A model generated the notes under the pieces. That model saw only the letters and a list, made by a program, of their open reading frames with translations. It had not been told where the DNA came from and did not search any database. Made by a program: the position numbers and the translations under genes. A stretch of DNA of 64,000 nucleotides from Thermoanaerobaculia bacterium. GTDB lineage: Bacteria; Acidobacteriota; Thermoanaerobaculia; Multivoradales; JAHEKO01. The stretch is taken from NCBI GenBank assembly GCA_947259725.1, contig CAMYNM010000020.1, forward strand, positions 18,584 to 82,583. Direction: 5' to 3'. Shown in pieces: positions 58,055 to 64,000 of the stretch; the first letter of the stretch is position 1, and every line of letters begins with the position of its first letter.

Positions 58055-59251
58055 ATGCAGTTTTTCGCCGATTCGAAAATCCAGTTCATGCGCTACCGGC
58101 GTTTCTGGGTGATTTTCTCGTTCGCGCTGTTGCTGCTGGCGACGGTCGAGATCTTCGTCAAGAAGCTCAACCTGGGCATCGACTTCGCCGGCGGGACGCA
58201 GCTGACCCTGAAGCTCGCGGAAGCGGCCGAGATTGAGACGCTGCGCTCGATCGTGGCCGCGGCCGGCGTGCCCGACGCTGTGATCCAGCGCTTCGGCGTC
58301 GCCGGCGCCAACGAGGTCCTGATCAAGACGCCTTTGGTCGAAGGGTCGGAAGAGGGAAGCCAGGCGCTGGTCATCGAGGCGCTCAACCAAGAGATCGACA
58401 ACCTGGGCGCGGGGCTCGACCTCAACCGTGTCGGTCGCGAGGCGGTCTCGGCGTTTCTGCTCGAGCGCGATCCTGACGGGCGGGTGCCTGAGGCGGTCGA
58501 CCCCGCGGCCCTCGCGGATCCGGATCCCTACGGCCCGGTCGCGGACGCGATCCTCGACCTGCGGCGCGAAGAAGGCCTGATTGCCGGCTGGGAGCAGGTG
58601 TCGGCACTCCCCCAGGTGACTCCGCAGGCGCTGGCGGCGCTCGAAAACGGCGCCCGGCTGGGGAAGCTCTCCCTGCTCGGCGCCGAGAACGTCGGGCCCC
58701 AGATCGGATCCGAGCTGCGCAAGAAGGGGCTTCTCGCGATCCTTTCGTCCATGCTCGGGATGCTCATCTACATCTGGTTTCGGTTCGAGCTTCGCTTTGG
58801 CGTCGGAGCGCTGGTCGCGGTTGTTCATGACGTGTTCATTACCGTCGGCCTCTACGCCTTCGCGGGCTTCGAGTTCAACCTGACCACGATTGCCGCGTTC
58901 CTGACCTTGGTGGGCTATTCGGTCAACGACACGGTCGTGGTCTTTGATCGGGTCCGGGAGAATCTCAGACGGTCGAAGAGCCTGGACCTGGAAGAGACCA
59001 TGAACCTGAGCATCAACCAGACGCTCTCGCGGACCGTGCTGACATCCGGCACCACTCTCCTGGTGGTGGGCTCGATTCTGGTTCTCGGCGGAGACGTGCT
59101 GCGGGGATTCGCGTTCATCCTGACCATCGGGGTGATCGTCGGGACCTACTCGTCGATCTACATCGCCAGCCCGTTCGCCCTGCTTTGGGAAAACTGGTTC
59201 GGACGCGGTTCGCGCGCGCGCCGGCAGGGCGCTCGCGCCGCTTCGGCCTGA
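58055..59251 (+). CDS. secF: Protein translocase subunit SecF with periplasmic insertion
   Basis: LGIDFAGG, VGP.IG.EL, HDV, GYSVNDT.V.FDR.REN, GTYSSI.IA. Confidence 0.96.
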   Translation: MQFFADSKIQFMRYRRFWVIFSFALLLLATVEIFVKKLNLGIDFAGGTQLTLKLAEAAEIETLRSIVAAAGVPDAVIQRFGVAGANEVLIKTPLVEGSEEGSQALVIEALNQEIDNLGAGLDLNRVGREAVSAFLLERDPDGRVPEAVDPAALADPDPYGPVADAILDLRREEGLIAGWEQVSALPQVTPQALAALENGARLGKLSLLGAENVGPQIGSELRKKGLLAILSSMLGMLIYIWFRFELRFGVGALVAVVHDVFITVGLYAFAGFEFNLTTIAAFLTLVGYSVNDTVVVFDRVRENLRRSKSLDLEETMNLSINQTLSRTVLTSGTTLLVVGSILVLGGDVLRGFAFILTIGVIVGTYSSIYIASPFALLWENWFGRGSRARRQGARAASA

Positions 59252-59394
59252 GAGCCCCCCGAAGCTTCCCCGGTCGGCCTCCAGGGGTCGCAGCCGGCCC
59301 TCGCGGATTGTGGCGCCGGCCAACCTATAATCTCGGTGTGGCGGGCGCACGCTCCGGGTCGATCCGGGAAGCGGTCGCGGGCCGCTGACGCCGA

Positions 59395-61659
59395 GTGACA
59401 ATGCCGACACTACGCGAGCGATTCTCTTCCCGCCCGGTTTCGCCACCGGTCAAGCCGCCCTTCAAGCGGGTGAGCTTCGAGAGCGTTCTGGCTCATATGC
59501 GCGAGCAGGGGCGCGAGCCGGACGAGCCGTTCTTGCGCCGCGTCTACGAGTTCTCGACCGAGATGCATGGGGATCAGAAGCGGCAGTCCGGTGAGCCGTT
59601 CATGACCCATCCACTCTATGTGGCTTTTTTTCTGGCCGGGTTCAGGGCGGACGAGACCTCGATAGCGGTGGGCCTGCTGCACGACGTTCTGGAAGACACC
59701 CTGACCACTCGCGAGACTCTGACGACCGAGTTCGGAGAAGAGATCACCAACCTGGTGGACGGCGTGACCAAGATCGGCAAGCACGAGTACGTGCGGCGCG
59801 ACGAGGTCCAATCCGAAACCTTCCGGAAGCTCATCCTGGCTTCGGCCAAGGACATTCGCGTCATTCTGGTCAAGCTAGCCGACCGGCTTCACAACATGAT
59901 GACCCTCGAGCACATGCAAGAGAACGTCAAACGGCGGATCTCGCGCGAAACCCTGGAGATCTACGCGCCTATCGCGCACCGCTTGGGCATGGCCAAGGTG
60001 CAAGGCGATCTGGAAGACCTGGCCTTCTATCATCTTCACCCGCTGAAATTCGCCGCTCTCGAAGCCAAGGTCCGAGAGAAGCTCAAAATCGGGCGCCGCG
60101 CGACCGAAGACATCCGGAGCCGGCTCGAGGAGAGCCTCTCGGAGGCCGGCGTGGACGCCGAGATCAGCTCGCGGGTGAAGCGCTACTACTCGATCTATCG
60201 CAAGCTTCGCCGGCAAGGCATCGAGCTGGCGCAGCTTTATGACTATCTCGCGTTTCGGATCATCACCGAGGAGATGCGCGATTGCTACGCGGCTTTGGGA
60301 GTCGTCCATCAGCATTGGCGTCCCGTACCGGGTCGGTTCAAGGACTACATCGCGATGCCCAAGCCCAATCTGTACCAGTCGCTCCACACCACCGTTGTGG
60401 TCGAGAACGGGCAGCCGTTCGAGGTGCAGATCCGGACCGTAGAGATGGACCTGATCGCGGAAGAGGGAATTGCGGCTCATTGGCGATACAAGGAGGGCAA
60501 GCCCGAACCGCGCTCCCACGAAAGAGAGGTGGCCTGGCTTCGACAGCTCCTCGATTGGCAACAAGACGTCGACGATCCACGGACCTTCATGGCGACTCTC
60601 AAGCTCGACCTCTATCCGGATGAGGTCTACGCTTTCACGCCCAAGGGCGACGTGTTTTCCTTTCCGCGTGGCGCGACGCCGCTCGATTTCGCCTACAAGA
60701 TTCACACCGAGCTGGGGCACCAGTGTTCGGGAGCTAGGGTCAACGGCAAGTTGGTGCCGCTGCGAACGCAACTTCAGAATGGCGACATCGTTGAGATCAT
60801 GACCAACGCCGCGCGCCACCCATCAAGGGACTGGCTGAACTTCGTCGGCACTTCGAGAGCCAAGAGCAAGATTCGACAGTGGCTCAACACCGAGCAGAAG
60901 AAACGCTCTCTCGAGATCGGTCGGCGTCTTCTCGAGCGAGGATTGCGGAGGCACAAGGTCTCGTCGAAACGCTTTCTGGAATCCAAAGCCCTGAAGAAGT
61001 ACCTGGTCTCCGAGGGCGTCGGCCACGCCGACGACCTGCTGAGCCGTATCGGCTTCGGCAAGATCACCGTTCGGCAGGTCCTGGATCGCACGCTGACGAC
61101 CGAGCAACTGGCCGAGGTCGAAAGCAAGCCGAGCCGGTTGCGCTCGGCCGTGGCCAAGATTCTGCCTTTCGGTGCAGCATCGGTCTCGGTGCGCGGAGAC
61201 AGCGATCTGCTCGCCTACCTGGCGAAGTGCTGCAAGCCGCTGCCCGGAGACGAGATCATCGGCTACGTCACTCGGGGCCGGGGAGTGTCGGTGCACTCGG
61301 TCGACTGCCGGAACGTCCGCAACCTGCTCTACAACCCCGAGCGCGAGATCGAAGTCGAGTGGGCCCGATCCCGAGATGAAGTCTTTCCCGTGCCACTGGT
61401 GATCGAGACCGAAGATCAGCCGGGGATGCTGGCCAAGCTCACCGAGGCCATCGCCAAGTTCGACGGCAACATCCGAAACTTCGAGGCCGGGACGATCGAA
61501 ACCGGCCGGGGTCAGATCGCCGTGCTCGTCGAAGTGAAGAACCGCCGCCAGCTGGAGCGGCTGCGCCAAGGACTGCGTGGGGTGCCCGGAGTCCTCGACG
61601 TCCGCCGACCCATGGGCTCCGATTCCGGCGCCCTGAGTGAATTCGGGAAAGACCGATAG
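59395..61659 (+). CDS. rel: Bifunctional (p)ppGpp synthetase/hydrolase (long RSH)
   Basis: HDVLED hydrolase, KLADRLHN, RFKDYI..PK.N.YQSLH, EVQIRT, TGS, CC.P.PGD, ACT domain. Start GTG 59395 or ATG 59401. Confidence 0.96.
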   Translation: MTMPTLRERFSSRPVSPPVKPPFKRVSFESVLAHMREQGREPDEPFLRRVYEFSTEMHGDQKRQSGEPFMTHPLYVAFFLAGFRADETSIAVGLLHDVLEDTLTTRETLTTEFGEEITNLVDGVTKIGKHEYVRRDEVQSETFRKLILASAKDIRVILVKLADRLHNMMTLEHMQENVKRRISRETLEIYAPIAHRLGMAKVQGDLEDLAFYHLHPLKFAALEAKVREKLKIGRRATEDIRSRLEESLSEAGVDAEISSRVKRYYSIYRKLRRQGIELAQLYDYLAFRIITEEMRDCYAALGVVHQHWRPVPGRFKDYIAMPKPNLYQSLHTTVVVENGQPFEVQIRTVEMDLIAEEGIAAHWRYKEGKPEPRSHEREVAWLRQLLDWQQDVDDPRTFMATLKLDLYPDEVYAFTPKGDVFSFPRGATPLDFAYKIHTELGHQCSGARVNGKLVPLRTQLQNGDIVEIMTNAARHPSRDWLNFVGTSRAKSKIRQWLNTEQKKRSLEIGRRLLERGLRRHKVSSKRFLESKALKKYLVSEGVGHADDLLSRIGFGKITVRQVLDRTLTTEQLAEVESKPSRLRSAVAKILPFGAASVSVRGDSDLLAYLAKCCKPLPGDEIIGYVTRGRGVSVHSVDCRNVRNLLYNPEREIEVEWARSRDEVFPVPLVIETEDQPGMLAKLTEAIAKFDGNIRNFEAGTIETGRGQIAVLVEVKNRRQLERLRQGLRGVPGVLDVRRPMGSDSGALSEFGKDR

Positions 61660-61674
61660 AAGGCGACCGTCGGC

Positions 61675-61908
61675 CTAGCTCTGGTCTGCTTCAGCGGTCT
61701 CGGGCCGCCAGGTACGGGTCGGGGGCTTGTGCACTTTGCCACTGCGCAGGCAGCGAGCGCAGACCAGGATGCGCTGAACGGAGCCGTTGACCAGGGCGCG
61801 AACCCGACGGAGATTGGGCTCCCAGGTTCGAGCCGACACGTTGTGAGCGTGACTTATCTGACGACCGATGATTGTTTTCTTACCGCAAACAGAGCACTGC
61901 TTGGACAT
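61675..61908 (-). CDS. rpmB: 50S ribosomal protein L28 (Zn-binding form)
   Basis: MSKQCSVCGK..G..ISHAHN..R.W.PNL..VCARCLRSG; ATG 61908 with GGGAG RBS. Confidence 0.95.
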   Translation of the reverse strand: MSKQCSVCGKKTIIGRQISHAHNVSARTWEPNLRRVRALVNGSVQRILVCARCLRSGKVHKPPTRTWRPETAEADQS

Positions 61909-62016
61909 CGAGAAATCTCCCAAAGTGAGGCGGGATGGTAGCAGATTCGCTGGCCGGGCGCCAGGCGGGCGTCGGGCGTCGGTGGCGCCGGGCGGATGGG
62001 GCGCTAGACCGTTCCC

Positions 62017-62046
62017 TTGACAGGGTGTAGCATTCTTGTATAGCTT
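62017..62046 (+). promoter_or_regulatory. Candidate sigma-70 promoter of pilMNO
   Basis: TTGACA at 62017-62022 followed by TATAGC/TAGCTT at 16/18 bp spacing, in an AT-rich stretch. Confidence 0.5.
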
Positions 62047-62117
62047 GCGATATTGCTTAATGTTTGTCATCTAAAGTGGCATGAAAGCGAAGGTTTTAGT
62101 ACCAGAGGTGTAGACTA

Positions 62118-63173
62118 GTGTTGTTTTCGCGCACACGGGGCGTCATTGGCCTGGATATCGGCAGCTCGACGGTCAAATTGGTCGAGCTGAAGGAGCGCAA
62201 AGGGGAGTTGCATCTGCAACGGATCGGCCTCGAGCCGTTGTCCCCGGAGGCCATCGTCGACGGTTCGATCATGGACTCATCCCTGGTGGTGGACGCGGTC
62301 AACAAGCTCGCCGAGGAAAGTGGCGTGAAGAGCAACAACTACGCCACCAGCCTGGCCGGCCATTCCGTGATCATCAAGAAGATTCAGATGCCGGCGATGT
62401 CGGCCGACGAGATCGCGGAGTCCATTCAATGGGAGGCCGAGCAATACATCCCCTTCGACATCAGCGACGTTCGGCTCGACTACATCGTTCTCAGCGACGA
62501 AGAGGTGGCCCGTGACGCGATGGAAGTGCTGCTGGTGGCCGTCAAGCGCGACAAAGTCAACGACTACGTTTCGGTGATCAGCCAGGCGGGCAGGAACCCG
62601 GTGATCGTCGATGTCGATGCATTCGCGGTGCAAAACGCGTACGAGCTCAACTATGACGTCGACTCACAGCAGGTCGTGGCACTGGTCAATATGGGTGCCG
62701 GTGTCACCACCATCAACATCCTTTCTCGGGGCTCGACGGTCTTCTGGCGTGACATGTCGATCGGCGGCAATCAGTTCACCGAGGCGCTGCAGCGCGAGTA
62801 CAGCCTCTCTTTCGACCAGGCCGAAAGGCTCAAGCGGGGTGAGCAGGTTCCCGGTTGCTCGCCTTCCGAGGCCAGATCGATTCTGGAGGCGGTTTCGACC
62901 GAGCTCGCAGCGGAGATTCAGAAGACGTTCGATTTCTTCGCGGCTACCTCGGCCGACGACCGGGTCACTCAGTTGATGCTCTCGGGCGGCTGCGCTTTGA
63001 CGCCCAATCTGCGAGAAGTGCTGCAGGATCGTTTCAACGTTCCGACCGAGATCATGAACCCGCTACGGCGAGTGCAGTATCGTGAGACGGACTTCGACAG
63101 CGTGTGGCTGCAGTCGGTCGCGCCAATGTTGGCGGTAGCCGTCGGACTCGCGGCACGCAAGGTGGACGACTAG
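62118..63173 (+). CDS. pilM: Type IV pilus assembly protein PilM
   Basis: IGLDIGSS.VK.VE, WEAEQYIPF, GG.QFT, LSGG, AVAVGLA.R. Confidence 0.96.
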   Translation: MLFSRTRGVIGLDIGSSTVKLVELKERKGELHLQRIGLEPLSPEAIVDGSIMDSSLVVDAVNKLAEESGVKSNNYATSLAGHSVIIKKIQMPAMSADEIAESIQWEAEQYIPFDISDVRLDYIVLSDEEVARDAMEVLLVAVKRDKVNDYVSVISQAGRNPVIVDVDAFAVQNAYELNYDVDSQQVVALVNMGAGVTTINILSRGSTVFWRDMSIGGNQFTEALQREYSLSFDQAERLKRGEQVPGCSPSEARSILEAVSTELAAEIQKTFDFFAATSADDRVTQLMLSGGCALTPNLREVLQDRFNVPTEIMNPLRRVQYRETDFDSVWLQSVAPMLAVAVGLAARKVDD

Positions 63174-63181
63174 AGGCGAGC

Positions 63182-63787
63182 ATGATCAGGATCAACCTAC
63201 TTTCAGAGGGGCGCAAGCCCGTAGCCGCCAAGAAGAAGACGGTAGGTAGTGGCTTGGCTCTCGGCGGCATCGATCCGGCGACGATCGCGCTGCTGGCCAC
63301 GGTCTTTCTCGGTGTGGTCATCTCGCTGGGGCACAATTTTCTGCTCGGCAGGACGATCTCCAAGAAGCAGGTCGAGGTCAACGAGGCCCAAGTGGAAGTC
63401 GACAAGCTGGCGCCGATCATCGCCGAGGTCGAGCAGTTCAAGGCGAAGAAGGCCAAGCTCGAAAACAAGGTCGATATCATCTCGCAGCTCAAGGCGAATC
63501 AGCAGGGGCCGGTTCAGATCATGGACAAGATCTCGCGGGCCTTGCCGGAGCTTCTCTGGATGGACCGCATGGACGTCAAGGGTCAGACGGTGACCGTCAA
63601 CGGCCAGGCCTTCAACACCAATGCGGTCGCCAATTTTCTGGAGAATCTCGATCGGGTCCCTGAGTTCCAGGAACCGGTCCTTCAGGATACGTCACAGACC
63701 GGGCAAACCTACTCGTTCATCGTGCGGTTTAACTACACCCACGTTCCGACCGGCGAAAGTCAGGAGCAGACGGCCGCGGCCGGCTGA
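63182..63787 (+). CDS. pilN: Type IV pilus assembly protein PilN
   Basis: MIRINLL N-terminus, single TM, coiled coil, LP..LW. Confidence 0.93.
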   Translation: MIRINLLSEGRKPVAAKKKTVGSGLALGGIDPATIALLATVFLGVVISLGHNFLLGRTISKKQVEVNEAQVEVDKLAPIIAEVEQFKAKKAKLENKVDIISQLKANQQGPVQIMDKISRALPELLWMDRMDVKGQTVTVNGQAFNTNAVANFLENLDRVPEFQEPVLQDTSQTGQTYSFIVRFNYTHVPTGESQEQTAAAG

Positions 63788-63796
63788 GGAAACCGA

Positions 63797-64000
63797 ATGG
63801 CGTTTCAAACCGGACTCGAAGGAAAGCCCTGGTACTTTGGCCTGATCGCTGGCCTGGTGGTAGCCGGCATTCTGTATTTCGGCGCCCATCGAGTCTTGCT
63901 CGAGCCGAAGAAGAACAACATCGCTTCTCTCGATAACCGGCTCACCGAGCTGCAAGCCAAGATCCAGGAAGGCCGCGCCGCGCAGCAGCAGTTGCCGAGG
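63797..64000 (+). CDS. pilO: Type IV pilus assembly protein PilO (3' partial)
   Basis: ATG 63797 after GAGGA; TM then coiled coil; follows pilN; runs off the window. Confidence 0.85.
   Translation, partial: MAFQTGLEGKPWYFGLIAGLVVAGILYFGAHRVLLEPKKNNIASLDNRLTELQAKIQEGRAAQQQLPR

Noticed and set aside
62077..62091. TGGCATGAAAGC upstream of pilM as a sigma-54 promoter
   Set aside because: GG-to-GC spacing is wrong.

Overview
GC-rich (about two-thirds G+C by eye), gene-dense chromosomal segment. Gene content and order (pilT-pilC-pilS-pilR, pilMNO, tgt-yajC-secD-secF-rel, DUF4388, IFxxGFESGD-type secreted protein) suggest an Acidobacteriota- or Deltaproteobacteria-like organism; this is inference. 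About 58 CDS, mostly housekeeping or metabolic: Zn/Mn uptake, secreted GSDH and metalloprotease, CoA-transferase, desaturase, PFOR plus a DHODH-like gene, dGTPase, phnDCE-like ABC, moeA/xdhC, type IV pilus genes, a split heterodimeric ABC exporter, GCS2-CBS, pntAAB, tmk-holB, tgt-yajC-secDF, rel and rpmB. I saw no rRNA, tRNA, CRISPR array, integrase or transposase. The most interesting signals are not in the ORF track or are not explained by it: (1) a 21-codon ORF (MFTILNVSDLINFLTGFLWSD, 53840-53905 minus) with its own sigma-54-type promoter and strong RBS; (2) a family of structured intergenic elements (two identical 83-bp cores at 35927 and 36048 with different closing stems, plus a diverged copy inside a MITE-like element at 20529-20693); (3) a GTAG-type REP doublet; (4) a SecF carrying a ComEA-like helix-hairpin-helix insert; (5) a PhnD-like binding protein with an apparently duplicated lobe. 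All family calls come from motif recognition by eye; no database searches were run.
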